From: an uncultured virus (IMG/VR IMGVR_UViG_3300043399_001317)
Lineage: Duplodnaviria; Heunggongvirae; Uroviricota; Caudoviricetes
Reading direction: 5' to 3' (one strand)
IMG/VR virus record: IMGVR_UViG_3300043399_001317
Length of the DNA stretch: 64,000 nt
A program made the translations under genes and the position numbers. Below the pieces are notes generated by a model, which was not told where the DNA came from, did not search any database, and saw only the letters and a program-made list of their open reading frames with translations. Shown in pieces: positions 10,416 through 21,062 of this stretch (position 1 is its first letter; the number at the start of each line of letters is the position of its first letter).

Positions 10416-10688
10416 TCAAGGTTTAAACCATTTTATAACTTCGTCTATATGAAATATTTTTTTACTTGAAAACTCATTCACCTCTTCTTCCATAATAGGT
10501 CTTAGCATAACAGTTCCCCTTGAAATTGGTTCATCATAACTATCACCATATTCCGGGTCAGGGAGAATAACAAAAACAATATCTACAAGTTCTGGGTTTT
10601 TAGCAAAAAACCAAATATTTTCTTGGTAATATATTGGTTTTTTTGTTGGCATCTTAACCAAATCACCATATTTAATTTTTTCTAACAT
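10416..10688 (-). CDS. Hypothetical protein
   Basis: 90-aa ORF. Confidence 0.6.
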   Translation of the reverse strand: MLEKIKYGDLVKMPTKKPIYYQENIWFFAKNPELVDIVFVILPDPEYGDSYDEPISRGTVMLRPIMEEEVNEFSSKKIFHIDEVIKWFKP

Positions 10689-10757
10689 AGAAAATTTTTT
10701 AGAAAAAAGGGCTGGGTTTATTTCACCTCAGCCCTAAAAAAATGTTCACTCACTTTT

Positions 10758-11402
10758 TTACTTTATTTTTTCCACTTCAATGAATGGCATTTTTGTTACA
10801 GACAAAGGCATATAATCATCAACAGACCATTTAACGCCCGGGTTTTCGCGCATATGGTGTCTTATAACTGAGTACATTTCATAAGCCAAGTCAGAAACAT
10901 AGTTATAACCAACACCAAATCCGTGGTTTGTATTCCATACTATTTTACGTATATTTCTCAATATGTCTTCAACATCCCCTTCTTCATTGCATAAGAACAT
11001 TTTTGAAGCCACATTTTTTGGGAATATATTAATGTCCAATTGCGCACAAATAAAGCGGCAATAGAACTCAATAGATTCTGCCAACATATGTGTCTCATCT
11101 TCTTCCAGAACAAAATCACATGTATTAGTATAGTTATTATCCAAATCCCTTAAAAAATTTAACATTTTTATGAGCAAACTTGGGGTTCCCAAAGCGTCAT
11201 TTAGTTCTGTTTTAACCCACACCATTTTTTTCAAAACTTCGAGTTGCGCGTTAACCTCATCACTCTTTTCGAGCATTTTTTCCTTCACGGGGCTTGGAAA
11301 AGAATCAATAATGAGGTTTCCAAGTTGAATGTTTAAAGTGAAGGTAAGAGCTTTGGTCATTTCATAAAGTTGCTCCCGATTGCATGTGATTTTATATTGC
11401 AT
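10758..11402 (-). CDS. Hypothetical protein (possible internal duplication)
   Basis: 214-aa ORF; two loosely similar halves (QL.....FP..V..KM). Confidence 0.7.
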   Translation of the reverse strand: MQYKITCNREQLYEMTKALTFTLNIQLGNLIIDSFPSPVKEKMLEKSDEVNAQLEVLKKMVWVKTELNDALGTPSLLIKMLNFLRDLDNNYTNTCDFVLEEDETHMLAESIEFYCRFICAQLDINIFPKNVASKMFLCNEEGDVEDILRNIRKIVWNTNHGFGVGYNYVSDLAYEMYSVIRHHMRENPGVKWSVDDYMPLSVTKMPFIEVEKIK

Positions 11403-11479
11403 AATTCAATTAATTTTTAAAAGGTTTAATCAATAATATAGCACAAAGGTAGATATATATTTTGCAATATGCAAATTTT

Positions 11480-12010
11480 TCAATCAATTTCTTCAAACGG
11501 AACTTCAAAATCTAAACCTAAAGAACCTATTTTATAAATAGCCAATTCTTTATCAATAGATTTAATTGTAACTATCTGATTTCCGTAATTAACTACATCC
11601 CCTTTTGTTTTTTTAGGGGTTAAATTCCTCATTTTGACCCATTTTTTTATGTTTTTTTCTATTTGTTTTTTAACATCATTTTTCAAGTCATGCAATATAT
11701 CCAAAAAATATTCGGAAACAGAATCATATTCAAAAAAACGCTCCCTATTCTTTCTGTTCATGGCCACAGCCATATCGTAAGGGATTTTTTTGGCCTCAAT
11801 TACCCGAGCCAAATCTTTTTTAATGATAGGCTTAGCCTCTTTTTTTTGGTTTTCGTTCAATTTAATGAACGGCAAAAAAATATTTCTACTATCTAATAAG
11901 ATATTAGTATATTTATCCAATAAAGAATTTTTTTGGGAATCTAACAAACTGGTTGGTCTTTTTCCCACAGTACCAGCAGAAGAATCAAAAATTTTAAGTT
12001 GTTTTTTCAT
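11480..12010 (-). CDS. Hypothetical protein
   Basis: 176-aa ORF. Confidence 0.65.
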   Translation of the reverse strand: MKKQLKIFDSSAGTVGKRPTSLLDSQKNSLLDKYTNILLDSRNIFLPFIKLNENQKKEAKPIIKKDLARVIEAKKIPYDMAVAMNRKNRERFFEYDSVSEYFLDILHDLKNDVKKQIEKNIKKWVKMRNLTPKKTKGDVVNYGNQIVTIKSIDKELAIYKIGSLGLDFEVPFEEID

Positions 12011-12034
12011 TTTTTTTAGTTTTAATTAAATAGA

Positions 12035-12124
12035 TTTTTTGCGGAAAGTATCACTTTTCAATACTTTCCGCAAAAAATAACTTTTACTAAAAAAGGGTTT
12101 GCTGCGCACAACAAACCCCTTTTA
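12035..12124. terminator. Two adjacent hairpins (terminator-like)
   Basis: GCGGAAAGTAT/ATACTTTCCGC and GGGTTTG/CAAACCC, both flanked by A/T tracts. Confidence 0.6.
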
Positions 12125-12126
12125 AC

Positions 12127-12414
12127 TCACACCCACTTTACTTTACCTTTTTTAAGTTCGCCCAAGTCAATCTTTTTAATAAGTGCTATGGTCGGAATAA
12201 CATAACAAGAAACATCTTCAAAATAACCGTCTGTTTCTATGCAAACCTCTCTTACTATAACATGAGGTGAATTGGCAAAAAAAGAAGTTAAAAGACGGTT
12301 TTTCTCCAAATAGTGACATTCGTTGTTACATATCAGATACAGCACAGAACTGTTTGGCTCAAGGGCAAACAAACCTTGGTAATAATCATTTTCAGAAATT
12401 GTTAATGGTTTCAT
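12127..12414 (-). CDS. Hypothetical protein
   Basis: 95-aa ORF, ATGA overlap with upstream gene. Confidence 0.6.
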   Translation of the reverse strand: MKPLTISENDYYQGLFALEPNSSVLYLICNNECHYLEKNRLLTSFFANSPHVIVREVCIETDGYFEDVSCYVIPTIALIKKIDLGELKKGKVKWV

Positions 12415-12773
12415 CTTGCATAAATGGTTTTAAGGTTTCCACAATCTTTTATCAAAAATATTTCCCCTTCTTCGTTCGGTGTCGTCATTGAAAATGAGCA
12501 AATCACATTATCTTTATTCACACAAATATATTTTCTAACACCTTCAATTATATACCTTTGAGTAACGTTGTATGTTTCAACATCACCATTTTCAAAAGTT
12601 ACAGATAAGAAGTTTTGTGCCGGAACAAAAAATATAATGTGCGTTTCAAGTTTTGAAAAAGTATCCCTTTCGTATTTCCAGTTCGTTGAAACAAAAGTAG
12701 ACGTTTCGTACAGTGTTTGTGCGCAAGTAAAAACAGGTAAAAGTAAGAACAAGAAAATTTTAATTGTTTTCAT
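12411..12773 (-). CDS. Hypothetical exported protein
   Basis: Bacteroidota-style signal peptide MKTIKIFLFLLLPVFTCA-Q. Confidence 0.65.
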   Translation of the reverse strand: MKTIKIFLFLLLPVFTCAQTLYETSTFVSTNWKYERDTFSKLETHIIFFVPAQNFLSVTFENGDVETYNVTQRYIIEGVRKYICVNKDNVICSFSMTTPNEEGEIFLIKDCGNLKTIYAR

Positions 12774-12784
12774 ACTAAAAAGTT

Positions 12785-13288
12785 TTATCGTTCAAAATTT
12801 AATTTTTCTAAAAAGTGGCAAAGTTCGTTATCATTTGGACTCAACAAAGAACCTGCTGCGTAGATTTCACCTTCTATGAAAAATATTCTACCTAAATTAC
12901 TTATAGGAGTATCGGTAACATCCAGAAAACCATACACAGTTTCCAAAGAACCCAAATCTTTCATATTAGGTAGACGCGAGAAGGTAATGTTGTTACCACA
13001 TTTTAAATCTTTCACTTCGGCAAAGGATTCGCAATTAATAATTGTGACATTACCCCCAGCATGGTATAGAAAACCCGTACCCTTTAATTTTGGGCAACCT
13101 TCTATGTAAACAGTTCCGGTAACATGACGCAGTTCATTGAGGCTGGTCAAGTTAGGACAGTTGGTCAGGTGAAGATTCCCCGGTACGGCTTTCAAGAAAT
13201 CCGGCAACTTTTCGTTGGGATAACCCGAAAGGATTAAATCATCCCCATTTTCCAATTTTTCTTTAATCAAAAAATCCCAGTTGTTCAT
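12785..13288 (-). CDS. Stand-alone LRR-like repeat protein
   Basis: V.G.L.L..C..L..L..L repeats like those in the larger paralogs. Confidence 0.7.
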   Translation of the reverse strand: MNNWDFLIKEKLENGDDLILSGYPNEKLPDFLKAVPGNLHLTNCPNLTSLNELRHVTGTVYIEGCPKLKGTGFLYHAGGNVTIINCESFAEVKDLKCGNNITFSRLPNMKDLGSLETVYGFLDVTDTPISNLGRIFFIEGEIYAAGSLLSPNDNELCHFLEKLNFER

Positions 13289-13419
13289 AGTTAAATAATT
13301 TTTTTGTTAAAAAATATCTCTTTCAAAATCTCTTATGCAAATATAAACACATACCCAGTAATTTGCAAGTTTTTTTTGGGATTTTTTAGATTATCAAAAT
13401 ATTTATTTTTAAAAATATT

Positions 13420-13764
13420 ATGTTAAGAATAACAGAGCAAGAAAAGAAGTCTATACTTTCTATGTACCAAGTGATAAACGAACAAGACGCTTATCTGGAT
13501 AAGAATACAGTTCAACCATTATTGGCTCAAGGGTATAAGCCAGTTGATAAGATTGCGGTTTCTGATGGACCCTACATTCTCGTAGGTGCGGGTTATCTTT
13601 TTGATTTGACGCTGAGGGATAGAAAGACCGGATATAAGATAGTTCTGGTTGATGGAATCAAGAGTGCCACACAAAAGGAAATCCCCGTTATGGTAGAAGG
13701 TGGTCAAATCGTTGATTTCTTCCCGGTTTACAAGATGCTTTATAAAGCACCTTCTCCGTTCTAA
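13420..13764 (+). CDS. Hypothetical protein with ITE/INE leader
   Basis: MLRITEQEKKSILSMYQVINE; ATATTTAT upstream; terminator downstream. Confidence 0.7.
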   Translation: MLRITEQEKKSILSMYQVINEQDAYLDKNTVQPLLAQGYKPVDKIAVSDGPYILVGAGYLFDLTLRDRKTGYKIVLVDGIKSATQKEIPVMVEGGQIVDFFPVYKMLYKAPSPF

Positions 13765-13935
13765 ATTAAAAACCCCGGGTTAAATACGCTGGGGGTTTTT
13801 TAATTAAATTGAATCCCCCAATTACTGAAAATGGTTGGATTTTATGCTATTTTATATAAAAAATATTATTCTTTGTATGATAGTAAAAATTTTCTTAATT
13901 TTTTTTAATTTGTAAATATTTATACTAAAAATATT

Positions 13936-14202
13936 ATGAAAACAAATAAAATTACTGTTAACGAACTGCGTAATTTGGTTAAACAGATTATTAAGGAAGA
14001 AACAGATAGTAAAATTGGTATTAACTTACGTGCGTTGTTGGACGCTGAAATATCGATGGCTCTTAGAGATGTTGATTTATCTTCTTATAGGGAAAGAAAT
14101 TTATTTATTGATAGAATCGAAGCCAGAATTTCGGATTATGATTGGATTTCAATGAGTGATGGGACCACATTTGAAAAAACTTTTACTCCGTCTAAAAAAT
14201 AG
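13936..14202 (+). CDS. Hypothetical protein with leader
   Basis: MKTNKITVNELRNLVKQIIKEE; ATATTTAT upstream. Confidence 0.7.
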   Translation: MKTNKITVNELRNLVKQIIKEETDSKIGINLRALLDAEISMALRDVDLSSYRERNLFIDRIEARISDYDWISMSDGTTFEKTFTPSKK

Positions 14203-14307
14203 TCATAACCCAACTAACAATTTTGTCAATAAAAAAATATTATTATTTGGTAAAAATATTTATTTTAAAAACGAAAACCCCCGGTCAATTGCGATGGGGG
14301 TTTTTAA

Positions 14308-14835
14308 TTAAAATAAATCTATTGAATGTTGCTGGGTGAAATTTTCAATATCAAATAAAACCTCATTCATTTCATTAATTACATTGTCCAACTTTTCTTT
14401 GGGTATTTTTTCATCATTTTTAACTACAATCTATTTGCTATATGAAAGATTTTGTCCAACCTGTTTTAAACCATGTAAAAAAACTTTGTACTCTAAATCA
14501 CCCATACTATCAGGTTTTTTTACATGGAAAGAGTTTTTGATTATGAATAGGTGAAAATTATTTTCATAGACTTTATGCGGGTAATATGTTATTTCAGAAG
14601 ATATATTTAAAATGGGGAAATTTACCACATCATTACCAATTAGAAAATTGACATTTTCATTATAGGATATTTTTTTTGCTTCTAATCTATCATTGTTTCT
14701 TGGATGTTCAAAAATGTCATATTCTTTTAAGAATGGAATTCTTTTCAGCAAAATATGTTTAATGTTTTGGGTAGAGTAATCTTCATTTAAAAACTCCCTT
14801 ATGTTATTTTTGATTATTTTTTTTAAATTATTCAT
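14308..14835 (-). CDS. Hypothetical protein with in-frame TAG (read-through or pseudogene)
   Basis: TAG at 14431-14433 is followed by 40 more open codons ending at TAA just before the terminator. Confidence 0.6.
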
Positions 14836-15392
14836 AATCCCCCCTCTTCCCTATGTTTATCAATCAAATCTTGGGCATCGCTAATATTCATATAATCTGT
14901 CCAATTATTATTTAATAACAATTTAACACTTTCAATGTTAATCAAATCGGCATTGAAAATTGCGATATCATTATAACTTATATATCCTAAAATCCCCGAA
15001 GTACTCCAACCATTATATCCCATTTTTTTCAAAATTGGAATACTATCTCTTAAATCACTAAAACCCCATTCATAAAGTAAATCTTGATATAAATTATATG
15101 ATATTTCAGCTATTTTATTGGTTTTTATTTTGATTGAAAAAACAAATCTGATATCTTTCTTATCTGAGCTGTGCCATTCTGAAAATTCTTCCGCTACGGT
15201 TTCTTCATCAGCAACCCATATAGCACCATAGTCAGAATAGTCAACCCTCAACTCATCAAACAAATCATCATCTTCCCCAACAAATGAGCCGTGATAGAAA
15301 GTTCCATTTAATTTTATTTTAGGTATTTTTAACCTACCTTCATTCAAAAGATTTTTAATTGTTTCCTTTAAACTATTTTTTAAATTATTCAT
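14832..15392 (-). CDS. Putative ADP-ribosyltransferase-fold protein with leader
   Basis: FYHGS...AIWVA...VAEEF...GYNG pattern reminiscent of phage ART-like domains; leader ending LLNE. Confidence 0.45.
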   Translation of the reverse strand: MNNLKNSLKETIKNLLNEGRLKIPKIKLNGTFYHGSFVGEDDDLFDELRVDYSDYGAIWVADEETVAEEFSEWHSSDKKDIRFVFSIKIKTNKIAEISYNLYQDLLYEWGFSDLRDSIPILKKMGYNGWSTSGILGYISYNDIAIFNADLINIESVKLLLNNNWTDYMNISDAQDLIDKHREEGGL

Positions 15393-15422
15393 TAAGTTTT
15401 AACATAAATATTCAAAAACAAA

Positions 15423-15812
15423 TTACCTTTTTTCAATTTTGAATTCATCCAAAGAACAAATCTCCCCATCCCATCTTGGGAGTTCGCCTTCATAACCTTC
15501 GTATGGTTCATCCGTCCAACCGACAAAAGGTGCGCCCCAATAATTTTCTTCTGTATCAATTTCTGCGACAGGATAAGCCTCTTTGCCTTCAACATACCAA
15601 GTCCCATCGGAAATAAATTTATAATCAATCCTGATACACTTCCAATTTTTATTGGGAATAACCTCAACCATATCTGGCAACTCATATATTTTTGAGTTCT
15701 TAACCTCACAAACCATTTCATGCTGGGGTTGGTTTCTGAAAGAATATGAGGGGAAACAGATAATATCCCCATCTTTCCATTCACCGTAGTTTATTTTTGT
15801 TGTGTATTTCAT
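15423..15812 (-). CDS. Hypothetical protein
   Basis: 129-aa acidic/aromatic ORF. Confidence 0.65.
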   Translation of the reverse strand: MKYTTKINYGEWKDGDIICFPSYSFRNQPQHEMVCEVKNSKIYELPDMVEVIPNKNWKCIRIDYKFISDGTWYVEGKEAYPVAEIDTEENYWGAPFVGWTDEPYEGYEGELPRWDGEICSLDEFKIEKR

Positions 15813-15816
15813 TATT

Positions 15817-16206
15817 TTAAAACAATTTGATTTTTGAATATTCTTTTAATTCTGGGTCATCAAAATAGAAGAATTGAAAATCTATTATTCTACCTCTCCA
15901 TTTTGGTTTTTCTTCCTCTGATGAAAATTTTGATTGGTAATTCTCAGTTCTTTTTAAGGATGTTATTCTTTCTGATTTTGGAATTATTATTGCAATGTCC
16001 AAATCTGAATCCTCACTTGCAGTTCCTTTTACCTCAGAACCTACTATCTAAGCACCAAGAACCGTATAACTAACTCTTGAGGTAATATTATTTCTAAGGT
16101 TTGATAATATGAATTTCCTGCCCGGATATTCTTTATCGAACCCATCTTTTCCTTCATTTAAAATCTTAACAATATTATTTTTGATAATGTTTCTTATGTT
16201 GTCCAT
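15817..16206 (-). CDS. Minimal nucleotidyltransferase (Pol-beta superfamily) with in-frame TAG
   Basis: Two track ORFs are in one frame: ...YTVLGA*IVGSEVKGTASEDSDLDIAI..., the GS..G....SDxD motif; TAG at 16048-16050. Confidence 0.7.
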
Positions 16207-16315
16207 TTTTTTAAAAATAAATATGTTACAATTAAAAAGCCCATTAATATTTTGATATCGCAATATGAATTATCAAAATATTAATGGACTTTTATATGAA
16301 TATTTTTTATTATGT

Positions 16316-17341
16316 TCACAAACCTTTTACTCCTTCAAGAATTGCATTTTCAAAATTAACATTTTCAAGATTTGCATTAGTGAAGTCTGCATTTGTTAAG
16401 TCTGCGTTTTCAAAATTAACATTTCGCAAATTGGCATTGACAAAACTTGCATTTAAAAAAGAAGAGTTTGAAAAATCAGAATCTTCTATTTTTGCAGAAT
16501 TGAAATTAGATTCCTTAAATTTAGAATTTTTGAATATAGAATTAATAATTTCAACTTCTTTCATTATTGCATAATCAAAATTTGACATGCTTGCGTTGAA
16601 ATTATTCAATTTTGTTTTGTAAAAACTTGCCCCAGTTAAATCTGCATTCATTAGAATTGAACCGCTCAGGTCTGATTCTTCAACACCAGCCCCTGTTAAA
16701 AAAGCTCCGGTGAAATTGCAATTCATTAATTCACCATATTTAATGTTTGCACCAGTTAAATTGGCATAAAATAGAGTTGCACCAATCATTTGGTTGAAAT
16801 GTAACACACATCCGGTAAGGTCTGCGGAATTCAATACTGTCTCATTTAGTTTGGAGAGGCTCAAGTTGCAACCTGCCAATTTTACATTCCTTAAACTTGA
16901 TTTGCTTAAATTGACATTTTCCAAGTTTGCACCGGAAAGGTCTGTGAAATCAATTGTCGCCCCTTCAAGATTTGCTTGTTCCAAATCAGCACCTATTAAA
17001 CAAACTGAAATTAGTTTTGCCCCGCTCAAGTTAGACCAAGACAGATTAACCCCAATCATTCTAGACTCGGTTAAAAGGGCATCTTTTAGGTTAACAGCAT
17101 TAAAAATTGCATGTGTTAAATCGGAATTTTCCAAGTTTGCACCTTCGAGCGTTCCTTTAAAATGTGAACGGGTTAAAATTATGTTTTGCAGGTTTGCCCC
17201 GGAAAGGTCCATCCCCTCATAAACAGAACCCATGACTTGATAAGGGTTATAATTCACCACGTTTCCATCATTTCGCAAAGTCTGGTTCTCAAAATTCCTG
17301 CGACCTTCGCTGTAAAGTTTTAATAGTTGTTCTTTATTCAT
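16316..17341 (-). CDS. Pentapeptide-repeat protein
   Basis: A(D/N)Lxx repeats; N-cap LLKLYSEGRRNF. Confidence 0.92.
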   Translation of the reverse strand: MNKEQLLKLYSEGRRNFENQTLRNDGNVVNYNPYQVMGSVYEGMDLSGANLQNIILTRSHFKGTLEGANLENSDLTHAIFNAVNLKDALLTESRMIGVNLSWSNLSGAKLISVCLIGADLEQANLEGATIDFTDLSGANLENVNLSKSSLRNVKLAGCNLSLSKLNETVLNSADLTGCVLHFNQMIGATLFYANLTGANIKYGELMNCNFTGAFLTGAGVEESDLSGSILMNADLTGASFYKTKLNNFNASMSNFDYAIMKEVEIINSIFKNSKFKESNFNSAKIEDSDFSNSSFLNASFVNANLRNVNFENADLTNADFTNANLENVNFENAILEGVKGL

Positions 17342-17924
17342 TTTTGCACAATTTTGTATTTTTCAATTAATCTATCAATATTAGCCTTCAACCATTCTTT
17401 TGTGGTTTTAAGGGAATCAGATTCTATTTTTATCGCAATCCATTTCCAAATGGTATTATAAAAGATGAAAAAATTTATTGAAAAAAATATAAAAACATTT
17501 ACTTTTAAAAAAAAAAATATGATATTTATTGTTTGTAAGATATAGTTCTTTGATATGGGGTTCCACCATCAAATCTTTTGGTGGGTAAAATCAAGAAAGT
17601 TGTCCTGCTTGCAGGGCATTACCACACACCTTTGGTGTGTTATCAAGTAGTCGGAGAATTTCAGTATCCGATAGAGGTGTGCAGTACGTCATAGATTTTT
17701 TAAAATCTTAAAACATTAAATATTTTTCTATATTTTTTGTAACTGTTTGGGTTCCCATCTTCATTGATATCGGATTTTAAAACCCTAAGCCTAATAACAC
17801 CCCAATCATCGTGAACTATTTGACCCACATTTTCCTTGTTTAAAAGAATATGATGTTGAGGTTTATTAACCCAAGCAAATTTGCCCTTTCCCTTTTCTGT
17901 TTTAAAAGTGATTTTGTTTTTCAT
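17338..17924 (-). pseudogene. Probable hypothetical gene split by a ~290-bp insertion
   Basis: 5' part MKNKITF...EDGNPNS (17742-17924) runs into low-complexity sequence; 3' part TIWKWIAIK...KYKIVQK* (17338-17455) ends in an ATGA overlap with the next gene. Confidence 0.45.
17545..17697 (+). ncRNA. Candidate structured ncRNA
   Basis: ATATTTAT at 17522, boxA-like GTTCTTTGA, then hairpins CCACCA/TGGTGG, TGTCCTG/CAGGGCA, ACACACC/GGTGTGT, TCGGA/TCCGA in an AT-rich background. Confidence 0.55.
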
Positions 17925-18124
17925 GATATTCAGTTTTGATGTGACAAAGATACGCATATTATTCAAAAAAACAAAATTTTAACAAAAAAACCCAACCTTT
18001 TACATTTTATGCTTTCTGTAAAATTATAAAAACATCTAAAAAAATCATATCTGATTACCTTTCAACTAATATGTTATTCCATTAAATTAAATAACCATTA
18101 TATTTATACATAAAAGTTAAACCA

Positions 18125-19681
18125 TTGGAAATACTAATAACAGAGGAACAGTTGAGTGAATTATTAACAGAGGCAATTGAGGATTATTTATATTATTATA
18201 GGTCTCCAAGGTCCTTGTTGACTATTCTAAAAACAAACCAGATAAGGGCGTCTGTCGCAGGATTGGGTTTGAGTGACGATGTTAGAGACAGTGTTTTCAA
18301 TAAGAACAGGCTTTTTTTCCTTTCCACAACCAGAAATAAAAATTTTGTATTTAGGGGTAGACCTTGTAGGATATATTTAGACAGGGATAAATTAAAAAGA
18401 AAATATAAAATCGTACCTTTTCAATTTTATAAAAATAGTAAATTAAACAAAACGGAATATGAAGATAGAATTTTAATGTATGACCCTTATTTGGTTGCTT
18501 CATCATATATTAAAAGAATTGACATATATGTTAAATCATACCTAGTTGATGATGAATTAAAAAGTATTGTTGAATTGGCATATTCTCACAACATACCATT
18601 ATATTTTTTTGACGAATTCGATAAATATGAAATTGGTAGTGAAAAATATGCCCTCTCCGATTTCCGTATTCGAATCGGCGATGAAATAGAACCTTATAAA
18701 CCTTATAAATTAAGTGATTCAGAATTAAATTTGTTTTTTTCAATTTTCTATCTAAACAATGATGAAATTCCTATATTCAAAGATATCAACAAACAATATA
18801 TGGAACATTATAAAGAAATTTTATTTTATACACCCAAACAATATTTCTCTGATTATATTGATTTAATTGATAAAATGCGTTCAAACTCAGAATATTTTGA
18901 ATATCTAAAGTTTTTAGCAAAGAAAATGAGGAAGTATGGTACAAGTGATATTAAATATTTAATAATTAGAAAGAGTAAGGAATTATCGATTAAAGAATAT
19001 ATTGAAAAAGGTTCTATTGGTGATTTAGATATTAGTGAATCAAATTTAGAAACTTTAAACCCATTGGAAAAAGTTTCCGGTATTTTAAACATATCATTTT
19101 CCAAAAATTTAAAAACTTTTGGTACTTTAAAAGAAGTTGTCGGTTATTTAAATGCGTCAAATTGCCGTTCATTGAAAACATTGGCCAATTTTCAAATTGC
19201 GCAATGTGATGTTGATTTATACAATTGTGTTTCATTAAAAGATTTGGGTTTGCTTGAAAATGTAGAGGGAGATTTACGTTTAGATGGTTGCACATCTTTA
19301 ACCACTTTAGATAACCTCCAAACAGTTGGGAAAAGTTTGGATTTAGATGGTTGCACGTCTTTAAAGAGTATTGAAAGCATAAAAGAAGTCGGGTATTCTA
19401 TATTTTTAAAAAATTGTGAATTACTTAATGATTTAGGTTCTATTGAAGAAGTTAACTCTAATTTAATATTACTTAATTGTACATCGTTAAAAGATATTGG
19501 AAATATTAAAAAGATTGGTGGGGTTTTAAATTTAACTGGTTCTTCAATACGTAGTCTTGGCAAACTTCAAGAAGTTGGTGAGTATATTGCTATAGGTAAC
19601 ACACCATTAGAAAAGGAATTCAATTCTGGACAACTTCAAAAGAAATACCCCCATTTGGCCGATAAATTTATAATTTATTAA
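18125..19681 (+). CDS. ART-like domain + LRR-like repeat protein (paralog 1)
   Basis: TTG start; YYYRS / FLSTTR / EYEDR motifs; 22-aa repeats; C-cap SGQLQKKYPHLADKF. Confidence 0.65.
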   Translation: MEILITEEQLSELLTEAIEDYLYYYRSPRSLLTILKTNQIRASVAGLGLSDDVRDSVFNKNRLFFLSTTRNKNFVFRGRPCRIYLDRDKLKRKYKIVPFQFYKNSKLNKTEYEDRILMYDPYLVASSYIKRIDIYVKSYLVDDELKSIVELAYSHNIPLYFFDEFDKYEIGSEKYALSDFRIRIGDEIEPYKPYKLSDSELNLFFSIFYLNNDEIPIFKDINKQYMEHYKEILFYTPKQYFSDYIDLIDKMRSNSEYFEYLKFLAKKMRKYGTSDIKYLIIRKSKELSIKEYIEKGSIGDLDISESNLETLNPLEKVSGILNISFSKNLKTFGTLKEVVGYLNASNCRSLKTLANFQIAQCDVDLYNCVSLKDLGLLENVEGDLRLDGCTSLTTLDNLQTVGKSLDLDGCTSLKSIESIKEVGYSIFLKNCELLNDLGSIEEVNSNLILLNCTSLKDIGNIKKIGGVLNLTGSSIRSLGKLQEVGEYIAIGNTPLEKEFNSGQLQKKYPHLADKFIIY

Positions 19682-19693
19682 AAATTTAAACCA

Positions 19694-21058
19694 TTGGAAA
19701 TACTAATAACAGAGGAACAGTTGAGTGAATTATTAACAGAGGCAATTGAGGATTATTTATATTATTATCGGTCTCCCGATTCACTAGTTGATATATTAAC
19801 AACAAATAAGATAAAGTCTTCTGTTGTTGGTTTGGGTATTAGCAAAAGTAGTAAAGATACTTTATTTAGCAAAAACAGGCTTTTTTTCCTTTCTACATCC
19901 AGAAATAAAAATTTCGTGTTTAAAAATAAGGCTTGTCGGATATATTTGGATAAGAATAAACTAAAAAGAAAATATAAAATTGTACCATTTAATTATTTTT
20001 ATGGTTCAGAAAGTAGATTGGATAGTAGTGAATTTGAAGATAGGATTTTGATGGATGAACCATATTTGGTTGCCTCTTCGTATATTAAAAGAATTGATAT
20101 ATTTGGGTCTATCTATGATTTAGGTCATATAATTAAATTATCTCAAAGTTACAATATACCCATATATTTTTTTAATAATTTTGAGCAGTATAGAATTGGA
20201 AATGAAAAATATGCTAATAAATTTTTAAAAAACTCATCTAAAATAGAAAACGATAACAAAGAAATTTATAAATTAAATAATGAAAATTTAAAACTATTTT
20301 CATCTATTTTTTATTTCGGCGATATAAAAACACCTTTTCTCAATAATATTGACGAAAATTATATGAAAAATAAGAAAGACCTTTTTCTTTATCACCCAAC
20401 TGCTTATTATAAAGATTTTATTGATTTAATTGATAAAGTTCGTTCAAATCCAGAATATTTCGAATACCTAAAGTTTTTAGCCAAAAAAATGAGGTATTAT
20501 GCAGCGAAAGACATTAAAATTTTCATAAAAAAAATTAGAAGTAAACTTATAATTAAGGAATATATTTCGAATGGTTCCACAGGTGACTTATACCTCCGTG
20601 CATCATTTTTAGAAACTTTAAGTCCATTAGAAAAAGTTGACGGAAATTTAGACGTTATGTTTTCTAAAGATTTAAAAACTTTTGGTACTTTAAAAGAAGC
20701 CGGTTTTGTATCAGCATCTGAATCCGAATATTTAATAACATTGGGGAGACTTACTACTGTAACTTTTGGGGTAAATTTAAGTAATTGTAAATCACTTAGG
20801 GATTTGGGTTTACTTGAAAGTGTCGGGGGATATTTAGATTTACGAAACTGTATATCTTTAAAAAGTCTTGGAAATTTAAAAGAAGTTAAACAGTCTATTT
20901 ATTTAAACAACTGTACTTCATTAAAAGATTTTGGTAATTTAAAAGAAGTTGGTGATGGCGAATACATTTATTTGGTTGGTAGCGGATTAGAGAAAGAATA
21001 CCGTTCTGGAGAACTTCAGAAAAAATATCCGCATTTGGCAGATAAATTTAAAATTTAA
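19694..21058 (+). CDS. ART-like domain + LRR-like repeat protein (paralog 2)
   Basis: Same architecture; FLSTSR, EFEDR; fewer repeats. Confidence 0.65.
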   Translation: MEILITEEQLSELLTEAIEDYLYYYRSPDSLVDILTTNKIKSSVVGLGISKSSKDTLFSKNRLFFLSTSRNKNFVFKNKACRIYLDKNKLKRKYKIVPFNYFYGSESRLDSSEFEDRILMDEPYLVASSYIKRIDIFGSIYDLGHIIKLSQSYNIPIYFFNNFEQYRIGNEKYANKFLKNSSKIENDNKEIYKLNNENLKLFSSIFYFGDIKTPFLNNIDENYMKNKKDLFLYHPTAYYKDFIDLIDKVRSNPEYFEYLKFLAKKMRYYAAKDIKIFIKKIRSKLIIKEYISNGSTGDLYLRASFLETLSPLEKVDGNLDVMFSKDLKTFGTLKEAGFVSASESEYLITLGRLTTVTFGVNLSNCKSLRDLGLLESVGGYLDLRNCISLKSLGNLKEVKQSIYLNNCTSLKDFGNLKEVGDGEYIYLVGSGLEKEYRSGELQKKYPHLADKFKI

Positions 21059-21062
21059 ACCA

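Noticed and set aside
17455..17742. Group I intron
   Set aside because: The S-like AAGATATAGT is on the plus strand while the R-like CGACTA and the host gene are on the minus strand; no coherent P3/P7 core
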